Shown: positions 1 to 12,359 of the stretch, piece after piece
How positions within the stretch are numbered: the first letter of the stretch is position 1
How the letters are laid out: every line of letters starts with the position of its first letter
NCBI GenBank assembly: GCA_032718475.1
Contig: JAUCBJ010003176.1
Coordinates: forward strand, 1 to 64,000
DNA: 64,000 nt
Direction of reading: 5' to 3'
From: Nemertoderma westbladi
Taxonomy: Eukaryota; Animalia; Xenacoelomorpha
Translations under genes and position numbers: made by a program
Notes under the pieces: generated by a model
Seen by the model: the letters and a program-made list of their open reading frames with translations, nothing else
Told to the model about the DNA's origin: nothing
Databases searched by the model: none

Positions 1-511
1 CATAACATTTGGTCCGTCACGATTTCGCCACCGTTAACTATTATTCAATCGGGGATGCAATATAAGTTACACCGTCAGATGGGTTTGTCTTTAATCTCCT
101 AAAGAAAATTATACTTTATTTACTTTATGATAAACTTATGGTTTTTCTCATGTGTAGGTAGTCCTTAGTGTAGTCCTATTTGAGGTGTTTAAACGAGATC
201 ACACTCTTCGGGATTGCAATTTTGAAATCAATTTACTTAAAGTCTTTAATATTTGACGGTGACATTGGAAGTGTGAAGTACGGGATTTGGGCAACTTTAT
301 ATTGGTTTACTGACATATTGAATCAATAATGAATATAGATTATACAATATATATAATAAAACAATATATACCGTATACAACAAGAATGGACTTTGATTAC
401 TTTTTTGCTGGGATCCATATTTTTCGGTATCGGGTACCCATTTCATCCCTAATATACCCGCCCATGCGCAAATATCCATTACATATTGCCGCGCGTTATG
501 CCGTTCATTAG

Positions 512-706
512 ATTTCGTGCAACATATTCCGTATCCTCCCGCCCTCCGACAACCCGGACTTCGACCCCGAGGAGGACGACCCCACGTTGGAGACGTGTTG
601 GCCTCACCTCCAGATCGTCTACGAGTTGTTCCTCAGACTGCTGGAGAGTCCGGACTTCCAGCCGACCGTCGCTAAGCGATACATCGATCAACGCTTCGTA
701 TTGCAG
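512..706 (+). CDS. PPP2R5: PP2A B56 (B') regulatory subunit, exon A (first exon in window; upstream exons lie outside)
   Basis: tag|ATT...CAG|gtaaac, 195 nt. Translates [65 protein letters not shown], the hallmark B56 FDPEED.P.LE..WPHLQ segment. Confidence 0.97.
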
Positions 707-984
707 GTAAACTCTAGGCGGGATAATTCCTGTTGTAAGTGATAAAGTTAGAGGGAATAGAGTCTATTTGATAATAATTTGTTTTATTTTAGTCAAGTAA
801 GTAAAGCCCGTAAAACCCGCCCTTACCGCACCGGTAGCTGTATTTGTATTGAGTTTATACAAACTGAAACTAAATTTAATACCGTAAGAAACCTGGTCTT
901 TAGGTTTCGCTACGACCAGGTTGCTTCATCAGGAGGCCAAGCCAGAAATTCTTGCATATTTCACAATAATTATATATTTTCCAG

Positions 985-1115
985 TTACTGGAATTGTTTG
1001 ACAGTGAAGATCCCAGGGAGAGAGATTTCCTAAAGACCATCCTACACAGAATATATGGGAAATTCCTGTCATTGAGAGCCTTTATTCGCAAACACATAAA
1101 CAATATATTCCTAAG
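985..1115 (+). CDS. PPP2R5: PP2A B56 exon B
   Basis: ttttccag|TTA...CTAAG|gttggt, 131 nt. [43 protein letters not shown](R). Confidence 0.97.
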
Positions 1116-2143
1116 GTTGGTTACCATGGATACAGTGCGTGCGGGGTTACACACCCCTGCAGACGCCCTTTAGGTTTTATAACCTAAACCTATAGGTTTA
1201 GTATTATGTTTTATAAGCTGTAGTTTTTAATAATCTCTGGACCTTTTATTTTATTTTAATTTTATCGTTTGTTGATTTACTAAGAATCTTGTAGGACCAA
1301 CCAAATATCGTTTTATTTTTCTCTTTCGCCTCATATTTATATAGGAATTGTGTTTACTCTTAGTTTTTAGTTTAGTGTTTACTTTAGTTGGGGTATTTAT
1401 TATTACAAGGTGGATTGTTCCCACATGCTTCCCAAGGTAATTCCACCTCCCCCACACCCATTATCCCCCGTATTACTGTAGCTAATTGGTGGTTGATGGT
1501 GGCTGTTCTGGACTATACCATTACCTCTACTAACTCCCAAAGGGCTAATGGCTTTCTGGTTAGATCTGGTATCCAGGCTCCCAAACCTACAATATTTATG
1601 GTCAATGGTTTTTACAATCTATTTAACCCACACCCCCCCCCCCCCCCCCCCCCCCCCGTGATTAACTGCATACATTTGGTTTGTGCTGTGTAAACCAATA
1701 AATACATAAAACCAGCTAACACAAGAATAGAGGTACAAAACCACCGAGAGTATAGGTCTATCTATATGGTCGAACTAAAGTAAACAATATGTCCGCATGT
1801 GTTCGTATGGTAACCTGATTAGTATTCCGTAAATAGGTTACGATTGCTTATCGACCCCGGAATTCATTCCCGATCGTCTGTAAAGTAGTTCTGGATGGAT
1901 AGACACTCACTACGCTCATTGGGTTGAGATGCAAGTTAGATTATTTTCATTTCATCTAATTGAATTGGATTTCCGCGCTCCGCCCACTCAAATACCTTCA
2001 CGTTGCTGAAATATGTGGAATTTTCGCGAGCCAGAACCCGAGTTCACAAACTTTTAGACTGGAACGATACGATATCTATGTAGCAACATGGCCAGCAACA
2101 TGAGTTACCAGTATACTGAACTAACACAGTTTTTTTTTCTTAG

Positions 2144-2203
2144 ATTTATATTCGAATCTGAAAAATTCAATGGAATTGGCGAACTTTTGGAAATCCTTGG
2201 AAG
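2144..2203 (+). CDS. PPP2R5: PP2A B56 exon C
   Basis: tttttttttcttag|A...GGAAG|gtgaga, 60 nt. FIFESEKFNGIGELLEILG(S); phases match exons B and D. Confidence 0.96.
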
Positions 2204-2233
2204 GTGAGATTGTGTTGCGGTAGATTTCCGTAC

Positions 2234-4648
2234 TAGAGTGGTCCTTATTTTGAAAGGTTGGAATTTATCATCTCTGACCCCCTCAAATGTTTCCATTTCG
2301 TCAAAAAATACGACATGCGAAATTTTAAGCATGTACATCAAATATTAGAGGTAGTAGGTTTAATAGAGTTTGCTAATATGAAGGCTTCTGTTGGTCATAC
2401 AGAGTTAATTTTAGGCTTATTTGAACCTCAACCATCGATTTAGTGGGTGTAGATACCTTCAAAACAAGAGCTAAGCTAGTAGTTCTTGAGATATCACACA
2501 AAAGCTTAAGCCCGGCACAACTCATCAATCGATCATTCAATTGATTACGCCAAGGACATATTGAAATATTGGCATTAACATTTTGTAGGTCTACCTCCCT
2601 GCATCTTATTTCAGTTAATCTCGATTTTAGCATTGTATAACAATTCCAAGCTATGTTTAGTAAAAAAAATTCATCACAACCCCATGGGAAATGCTTGCAC
2701 AAGCATCACTAATTTGTGCCTAAGCGCCATTTGGTCGATATCAATAATTGGCCACAAAACTTAACTTTTGGTTAATTATATCTAGGAACTGTTCGTTTAA
2801 TTTGATTTTGACTGATTTTAAGTGCAGAACCCAAAAATCGCATCTGATTTGTATTTTAAAATGATATATTGCATGATATACAACAATACTATACTGTACT
2901 TCAAAGCATTTTAAGATAAGGATTGATAGATGCAGAGATATGTGAATCCAGCTACCAAAAGAGTTCTAATATATATGGGAAGAAGCTTTGCACATGTATT
3001 ATACATAATTAGGCAATGCTGATTCCAAATCTGATTTCAGATTTGCCCTACCCCATCAAGTTTTTTCACAATTGCCACTTTGAGTTCAAAAACTTATTGC
3101 AAACGACTGTGATGAGTGGCGTAGATTCAAATGAGAATCAAATATGCTCAAAATCAATCCAAAACATCGAATGGAGCTTTGTTTATATGAATTATATATT
3201 TTTAAACAATGCTGATTCCAAATCTGCTTTCATATTTGCCATACTGCCATAGGATATCAATTTTTTTTACAATTGCCAATTTAAGTTAAAATTACTTATC
3301 ACAAACAATTATTATGAGGGAAAGTAGATTCAATAAGAATAAAATACACCCCCAAATCAATCTACAACATATGCTATGGTAAATCTGATAGCAGATTCAC
3401 CATATAGATTGCATTGTTTAATATATAACTCAAATTAACAAAGCTTTTTTTCATGTTTTATATTGATTTGGAGTATATTTGATTATTATTGAATCTTCTT
3501 CACTCATCACAGTTGTTCGCGATAAGTAATTTGAACTCAAATTGGCAATTGTGAAAAAACTTGATATGCTATGGCAGCATGGCAAATCTGAAAGCAGATT
3601 TGGAATCACCATTGTTAATTATATATAATTCATATGAACAAAGCTCCATTCAATGTTGTAGATTGATTTTGAGCACATTTGATTCTCATTTGAATCTACA
3701 TCACTCATCATAGTCGTTTGCGACAAATTTTTTTAATTCAAATTGGCAATTGTGAGAAAACTTGATGGGGTAGGGCAAATCTGAAATCAGATTTGGAATC
3801 AGCATTGTCTAATCATGTATAATGCATATGTTCAAAGCTTCTTCCCATATATATTAGAACTCTTTTGGTCGCTGGATTCACATATCTCTGTATCTATCAA
3901 TCCTTTTAATATGCTTTGAAGTACAGTATAGTATTGTTGTATATCATTCTAAAATTCAAATCAGATGAGATTTTTGGATTCTGCAACTTAAAATCAGTCA
4001 AAATCAAATTAAACGAACAGTTCCTAGATATAATTAACCAAAAGTTAAGTTTTGTGGCCAATTATTGATATCGTACCAAATGGCGCTTAGGCACAAATTA
4101 GTGATGCTTGTGCAAGCATTTCCCATGGGGTTGTGATAATTTTTTTTTAACTAAACATAGCTTTGAATGGTTAGACAATGCTAAAATCGAGATTAGCTGA
4201 AATAAGATGCAGGGAGGTAGACCTACAAAATGTTAATGCCAATATTTCAATATGCCCTTGGCGCAATCAATTGAATGATCGATTGATGAGTTGTGCCGGG
4301 CTTAAGCTTTTGTGTGATATCTCAAGAACTACTAGCTTAGCACTTGTTTTGAAGGTATCTACACCCACTAAATCGATGACTGCGGTTCAAATACGCCTAA
4401 ATTAACTCTGTACAACAAATAGAAGCCTTCATATCAGCAAACTACATTATATTCTGCGCGCGCGATCAAATGGTGTCCAAACGCTCAACTTCAGGGTGTT
4501 TGAGCTACCTCTAAATATATATCATTTGTGCTCAAATTTTAGTCAACGTGTTTTTTTATCAGAAGAAATGACTTGGGGGGGGGGGGGGGGGGGTCAGAGC
4601 AGAATTTCCACAACTTTTAAATTTTACATTGAAATAAGGACCACCCTA
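2234..4648. mobile_element. Non-autonomous foldback/MITE-like DNA transposon, probably hAT superfamily
   Basis: 8-bp target duplication TTCCGTAC (2226-2233, 4649-4656). TIRs TAGAGTGGTCCTTATTT / AAATAAGGACCACCCTA. The two ~1.1-kb arms are inverted copies (ORFs 2373-2702 minus and 4178-4405 plus translate nearly identically). No transposase. Confidence 0.88.
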
Positions 4649-4934
4649 TTCCGTACGTTGTTGGTAATCTATTTTTCTTTTTAATTTTACCTATTATACT
4701 TATAGACAACTCAGCATTTGGTGAAAAATGTCACGCACAAAATGGGGAAATATCAGCCTGAATTTACTAATACCAGCCAAACGAAAGTTGCACTTTAGTA
4801 GTGAAGTAGTTTAGTGAAAATGAACCCACGATATTTATATAAATTCATTTAACAATACCATTCAGGTGTGATATTGTACATTAACTGGCAGTTATATTAC
4901 TAAAGTAATAATTTTCATTCAGTTTTATCTTCGT

Positions 4935-7900
4935 TATTTTGTATAAGATCCCATTTCCACTGTCCGAGCTCGCTCGACCTTGTACTAGTATTTTGTATAG
5001 ATCCCATTTCCACTGTCCGAGCTCGCTCGACCTAGTACTAGTATTTTGTATAGGATCCCATTTCCACTGTCCGAGCTCGCTCGACCTAGTACTAGTATTT
5101 TGTATAAGATCCCATTTCCACTGTCCGAGCTCGCTCGACCTAGTACTAGTATTTTGTATAGATCCAATTTCCACTGTCCGAGCTCGCTCGACCTAGTACT
5201 AGTATTTTGTATAGGATCCCATTTCCACTGTCCGAGCTCGCTCGACCTAGTACTAGTATTTTGTATAAGATCCCATTTCCACTGTCCGAGCTCGCTCGAC
5301 CTAGTGCTAGTATTTTGTATAGGATCCCATTTCCACTGTCCGAGCTCGCTCGACCTAGTACTAGTATTTTGTATAAGATCCCATTTCCTCTGTCCGAGCT
5401 CGCTCGACATAGTACTAGTATTTTGTATAAGATCCCATTTCCTCTGTCCGAGCTCGCTCGACATAGTACTAGTATTTTGTATAAGATCCCATTTCCACTG
5501 TCCGAGCTCGCTTGACCCAGTACTGTTAGTATTTTGTATAAGATCCCATTTCCACTGTCCGAGCTCGCTTGACCTAGTACTAGTATTTTGTATAAGATCC
5601 CATTTCCACTGCCCGAGCTCGCTTGACCCAGTACTGTTAGTATTTTGTATAAGATCCCATTTCCACTGTCCGAGCTCGCTTGACCTAGTACTAGTATTTT
5701 GTATAAGATCCCATTTCCTCTGTCCGAGCTCGCTTGACCTAGTACTAGTATTTTGTATAAGATCCCATTTGCTCTGTCCGAGCTCGCTTGACCTAGTACT
5801 AGTATTTTGTATAGATCCCATTTCCACTGTCCGAGCTCGCTCGACCTAGTACTAGTATTTTGTATAAGATCCCATTTCCACTGTCCGAGCTCGCTTGACC
5901 CAGTACTGTTAGTATTTTGTTTAAGATCCCATTTCCACTGTCCGAGCTCGCTTGACCTAGTACTAGTATTTTGTATAAGATCCCATTTCCTCTGTCCGAG
6001 CTCGCTTGACCTAGTACTAGTATTTTGTATAGATCCCATTTCCACTGTCCGAGCTCGCTCGACCTAGTACTAGTATTTTGTATAAGATCCCATTTCCACT
6101 GTCCGAGCTCGCTTGACCTAGTACTAGTATTTTGTATAAGATCCCATTTCCACTGTCCGAGCTCGCTTGACCTAGTACTAGTATTTTGTATAAGATCCCA
6201 TTTCCTCTGTCCGAGCTCGCTTGACCTAGTACTAGTATTTTGTATAAGATCCCATTTCCTCTGTCCGAGCTCGCTTGACCTAGTACTAGTATTTTGTATA
6301 GATCCCATTTCCACTGTCCGAGCTCGCTCGACCTAGTACTAGTATTTTGTATAAGATCCCATTTCCACTGTCCGAGCTCGCTTGACCCAGTACTGTTAGT
6401 ATTTTGTATAAGATCCCATTTCCACTGTCCGAGCTCGCTTGACCTAGTACTAGTATTTTGTATAAGATCCCATTTCCTCTGTCCGAGCTCGCTTGACCTA
6501 GTACTAGTATTTTGTATAAGATCCCATTTCCACTGTCCGAGCTCGCTTGACCCAGTACTGTTAGTATTTTGTATAAGATCCCATTTCCACTGTCCGAGCT
6601 CGCTTGACCTAGTACTAGTATTTTGTATAAGATCCCATTTCCACTGTCCGAGCTCGCTTGACCCAGTACTGTTAGTATTTTGTATAAGATCCCATTTCCA
6701 CTGTCCGAGTTCGCTTGACCTAGTACTAGTATTTTGTATAAGATCCCATTTCCACTGTCCGTGCTCGCTTGACCTAGTACTAGTATTTTGTATAAGATCC
6801 CATTTCCTCTGTCCGAGCTCGCTTGACCTAGTACTAGTATTTTGTATAAGATCCCATTTCCACTGTCCGAGCTCGCTTGACCCAGTACTGTTAGTATTTT
6901 GTATAAGATCCCATTTCCACTGTCCGAGCTCGCTTGACCTAGTACTAGTATTTTGTATAAGATCCCATTTCCTCTGTCCGAGCTCGCTTGACCTAGTACT
7001 AGTATTTTGTATAAGATCCCATTTCCACTGTCCGAGCTCGCTTGACCCAGTACTGTTAGTATTTTGTATAAGATCCCATTTCCACTGTCCGAGCTCGCTT
7101 GACCTAGTACTAGTATTTTGTATAAGATCCCATTTCCTCTGTCCGAGCTCGCTTGACCTAGTACTAGTATTTTGTATAAGATCCCATTTCCACTGTCCGA
7201 GCTCGCTTGACCTAGTACTAGTATTTTGTATAAGATCCCATTTCCTCTGTCCGAGCTCGCTTGACCTAGTACTAGTATTTTGTATAAGATCCCATTTCCA
7301 CTGTCCGAGTTCGCTTGACCTAGTACTAGTATTTTGTATAAGATCCCATTTCCACTGTCCGAGCTCGCTTGACCCAGTACTGTTAGTATTTTGTATAAGA
7401 TCCCATTTCCACTGTCCGAGCTCGCTTGACCTAGTACTAGTATTTTGTATAAGATCCCATTTCCACTGTCCGAGCTCGCTTGACCTAGTACTAGTATTTT
7501 GTATAAGATCCCATTTCCACTGTCCGAGCTCGCTCGACCTAGTACTAGTATTTTGTATAGGATCCCATTTCCACTGTCCGAGATCGCTCGACCTAGTACT
7601 AGTATTTGGTATAAGATCCCATTTCCTCTGTCCGAGCTCGCTCGACCTAGTACTAGTATTTTGTATAAGATCCCATTTCCTCTGTCCGAGCTCGCTCGAC
7701 CTAGTACTAGTATTTTGTATAGATCCCATTTCCACTGTCCGAGCTCGCTCGACCTAGTACTAGTATTTTGTATAAGATCCCATTTCCACTGTCCGAGCTC
7801 GCTGGACCTAGTACTAGTATTTTGTATAAGATCCCATTTCCACTGTCCGAGCTCGCTCGACCTAGTACTAGTATTTTGTATAGATCCCATTTCCACTGTC

Positions 7901-8014
7901 CGAGCTCGCTCGACCTAGTACTAGTATTTTGTATAAGATCCCATTTCCACTGTCCGAGCCTGCTGGACCTAGTACTAGTATTTTGTATAAGATCCCATTT
8001 CCACTGTCCGAGCT
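4935..8014. repeat. 54-bp satellite, left part
   Basis: Unit AGTATTTTGTATAAGATCCCATTTCCACTGTCCGAGCTCGCTCGACCTAGTACT with 53- and 57-bp variants, roughly 57 copies. Confidence 0.97.
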
Positions 8015-8564
8015 TGTTAGCTTATCCAATTCCGCTAACACAAACCCATAGAGTGAGCCATAAAGCAATATTGGGAGCACGAGGTTGATTACCAATCAAC
8101 CTCGTGTCAGCCCAGTAAACGGGGACAATAGGCCCCAAAGGAGACACACACAATAAGGGTCAGGGGTTACTCCCCTGACAAGAGAGAGAACAGCAAGGGC
8201 GAAGGGAAGCACTTCAGAGGGGGGCAAAGGGTGCCAACAGGGGTATCAACCAATCAGAGGGGGGAAAGGCATCGATTGAGTAGCAATAAGGCCACCGTGC
8301 AATATAACCAGTTACCAGTAATCATACCGGTCAGTTATTCAGTTTACTCAGTCAGATCAGTAGGGTGGAACGGGGACTTCTGTCACCGTCCGCTACCGCC
8401 ATTATATATTACCTATTGTGTCATACTATATTATATCAACTGTCAGACTATTATACCTTTATACATATTACCCAACATCAGAACTCTTTTACCTTTCACA
8501 CACGGCGGGGACGCGTGGGCAGAAAACCCAAACGGATAAACCGGGATCCGTAGATCCCGTCACA
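8015..8564 (+). repeat. 5' LTR
   Basis: TGTTAGCTTATCC...GATCCCGTCACA, direct repeat of 14783-15332. TATA-like AATATAA near 8301 followed by several TCAGT initiator-like motifs at 8331-8361. Confidence 0.96.
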
Positions 8565-8623
8565 GTGACAGAACTAGATCCGCCCAGCTGCCCTGACAGT
8601 GATAGACTGACACCAAAGGCGAG

Positions 8624-11600
8624 ATGAGCCGAGAGAAAGGAACGACACCGCCGCGGACCCCGGACGACGATCTAACGATCCGCGAGGCCACGGCGAGACG
8701 ATACGAACCCACGACGCCGGTCGATGCTACGCCGACCACGTCGACGCACGTTGACGCCACGTCGATAACGAGCAACACGGCGAACCAAGGTGTGGGGGGT
8801 CGTCTACCAGGAGAGAGCGAGTCGAGTAGAGGAGACGAGTCGGGAGGAGAAGAGAAAGACGAGTCGACGCGGAGCGAGGGTCGACGATACCGATGTCGCC
8901 GGTCCGCCACAGGCCGAGGACGACAAACGGTCCACCGGAACGGCGACGGTGGGGCCGTCGGTACGACGTCGGACCCGGAGAGACAGAGGAGAGGTCGGCG
9001 ACGAGGACGTCGGGGTTTCTGATCGACTTCGACGGGCCTACCTCGCGACCAGGGAGCAACTGAGAGAGGCCAAAGGAGGGGCGAAGATAGACGAGGTGAG
9101 ACTGAGGAGACGACTAGGTGAGTCGAACAGATACTTTGATCACCTAGTGCGTTCTGGGCAGGGAGAACTGGCCAGGGAGAGAGCGAGAGGGGTTGCCTTC
9201 GAACTGTTTGAACTATGGGAACGTAGGGGTATGGGGCCTGGTGTAGTGTACATAGGGCCATACTTAGTCGATGCCAGGGAATTTAGGTTAGTGGGTTGGA
9301 AGAGACCTGGGGAGGGCGAATCCGAGGTTAACTCCGAGGATTCGGTCTCGTCGGTCGGAGGAAGTTCCGGGAAGCGGGGGAAAGTTAGTAGGACGGAGGG
9401 GCGACGGGAGTCCGTCGCAACCGATAAGTCTGCTACATCCTCCGCAAAAGAAAGAAGGGTGCGAGAGAGTGAACGCGTGGCGTATAAATTAGAAAAGGCG
9501 GCGGCAGAGCGGAAACAGTTAGAGGGGCAATTGAGAGAGCAAACCGCATTATTAGAGTTGGTAAGGGAGGATAGAGAGAGGGCCGAGGAGCGTAGAGAGC
9601 GGGAGCATATCGCGATAATAACCGGGAGAATAGAGAGCGAGCCGGCGAGGCAGCCTGGGATGCTTGCGAGAGAGTCCCGAGAGTGCGGAGAGAGAGAGTT
9701 AAAGCAAAAGCGTGAGCGATATCTTTTGCTTGACCGACTGGCGCTGCTTGCGCAATATCGGGCCAAACTTAAACGGCGCCGACTAGAACTGGCGCGGTTG
9801 GAGATATCAGAGAGTGAGCCCCCACTTACAGGCACCGGGCGAGAGAGCCAGAACTGGTGTAGCCGTACGGGCGGGGGGGGTAGTAGTAGTACGTTAGAGA
9901 CAGTTAATATTAATAGTACCGTAGTAGATAACCCTAATCCCTTTATTACAGGAAATAATATTTTACCGGGTAGTAGTAATTTAAATTTAAATACAAATAT
10001 TCTAAATAATAATTTCAATTCAAACCCGCAAAATAATTCGAATAATAATTTAAGTTTAGAGAATAGTAGTGATCTAAGTAATTTAAATAATTTAAATAAT
10101 AATTCCGTTTCAAATTCTAATAATTTAATTGATTTAACAAATAATATTGGGAATGGTGCTATTAATATGAGCGTGTCGGACGTACATAACCCGGCAGACG
10201 GTGGCCTGGTAGGCCACGTAGTTAGTAGGCAGGAAGTGGCAGGGTTGAGCCAACCCGACGGCGGCCTGGTAGGCCACGTAGTTGGTAGGCAGGAGGTAGC
10301 GGGGTTGAGCCAACCCGAAGTAGGCCTGATGGGCCACGCAGTAGTAGAGAGAGAGGCGGGGGTGAATAGACCCAGCCGTAGTAGAGACAGTGCGTCGACT
10401 AGAGAGGGGTGTAGAGACGAAGTAAGAGATAGTGAAGTTAGATGTGGCGGGTGGGGGGGGGCTACGGGCGCCCCACCACATAAGATTAGTGGCGAGAGAG
10501 GGGGGGCAGAGAATGCCCCACAAGAGGGGTATAGAAGTGTAGTAAGAAATAGTGAAGTTAGAAGTGGCGGGTGGGGGGGGGGCTACGGGCACCCCACCGC
10601 GAGAGATTAGTAGAGAGAGAGGGGGGGCAGAGAGTGTCCCACAGCCGTCAGCGGATAATGCGCGGGCCGAATCAGGTAAACCGCAACACCCGGCGACGGA
10701 GAGTAATAGGGGGATTGCGAGTATCCCCAGCGGCGTGCGATCGAGCAGAGAGAGGCAGGTTGACGTCGCGAGAGGGCAGGCGAAGCGTCGAGCCCGATCA
10801 GAAGAGAGAAGAAGAACAGTGGAGTTTAACCGGGAGGTCGACGAGAGATCTCACGAGCCGGAATACTACACAGAAAAGAGAAGAAGAGAAGATAGTAGAA
10901 GAAGTGTCGCCACGAACGATAGCAGTGCGAGGACGGATAACGGACCGTCGATAGTAGAGATGGAGTCAGGGAGCCAGTGGGGTCGAACTTCGGGAGATTG
11001 CCGTCGCCCCGGAGAAACGCACCGCACGCCAAGAGAGGGGTACAGGACGTACCAATACGAAGACGAGAACAGGAGAGGGGATCGAAGGGAAACTTCCCGA
11101 CGGGATATAGCTGCCGATCGAGAGTGCAGTAGTCGCGGGGAGATTCGAGATTCGCGAAGAATAAACTTCGGTTCGGAAGGGCACATGCAGACTGCAGGAC
11201 ATACTGTAGGCCTTACTGCACATACTATTATAGGCCATGCTGGGAGAGATAGAGTAGGCGATGGGGTAGCGCGAACGACGGGATTAAACCCGGAAGTCGC
11301 GGAGTACATACCGGTAGGTAGGCGAGAGGTAGGTAGGCCTATATCGGTACAGCAGCATGACTATAATACACAGGGACATAACATATATCCAGGGGAGGGG
11401 GGAGTTATTGGAGATAGACGTATGGGCCCCAATGTATTAACATCAACCCCAGTACCAAACATACCGGCTGGGGGGGGACAGGGTGACATTCCCCCATCAC
11501 AATATCGACAATGTACCCCGATAGGAGCGAGAACATCGAACTCCCTGGACGAGAGCAGGTCGTGCGGACAGTCACCACCACACGCGGCCATACAGGGGAC

Positions 11601-12015
11601 TGCTAGTCCACAGTTAGCTGGTAGCAGGGCCACACCGTGGCAGGGACAGAAAGAAAATAACACCATAAATAAACACAATCCCAATATACCCAGTAGGCCG
11701 AGTCTAGACAACCAAAACATTAAATCGGTACATATAAACCTAAGCGCGATACGTGAAGGACTATACAGGAAACGCTATAATCCAGGATTCCAATGTCAAT
11801 TACATCGGGACGGAACCCATAAGACCAGGAGTTGCAAGTACTGGCAAGCGTTGCCCAAACGAGATCGTGTAGCCTACACAGACGCAAACGGACTATGTCA
11901 TCGATGTGTGGTAAAAGGACACAGATCCGGAGAGTGTTGGAAAGGGAGAGGATATGAAAGGACTAAACCAGGGGCAGAGAAGCCCATTAGAAACATAAGG
12001 GAGTCGGGAAAGTAG
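8624..12015 (+). CDS. Gag-like protein of the LTR element, split over three overlapping frames (8624-9022, 8790-10610, 10552-12015)
   Basis: Charged coiled-coil region, Asn-rich island, internal 20-aa and 40-aa repeats. C-terminal CQLHRDGTHKTRSC-x20-CHRCVVKGHRSGEC (about 11794-11937) has BEL/Pao Gag knuckle spacing. The frame changes coincide with G homopolymers. Confidence 0.75.
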
Positions 12016-12359
12016 AAGGAGGCGTGTTGCATACACACGCAGGACGGACACAGTGCGAGGGGGCATTACATGGGCAGACACCGCGTATACCGAGGGACGA
12101 GCGGGGGTCGTCGAGGGCTCTAATGCCAGCGCACATACGAAGGGGGAGGCCAGCAAAGGTAGCACCGAAGAGAGTGTGGCGAAGAGTTAGAGGACGTATA
12201 GGAGGGCAGCAGGAGAGTGCCTACTGGAAGAAGGGGCACCTGAGAGTTTTTAGTCGTCCAAAGTTTTGGACTGAGGGGGGTGGGAATGAGGGCGAGACGC
12301 CCTTCCCACGCACAAAATATAAAATAATTATTTAATTAAAATTAAGAAAATAATTAAAT

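Noticed and set aside
4881-8095. Long ORFs on both strands (up to 572 aa) in the 54-bp array, likewise at 15186-16909
   Set aside because: They are translations of a stop-poor tandem repeat inside an intron, with frames switching at 1-bp unit variants.
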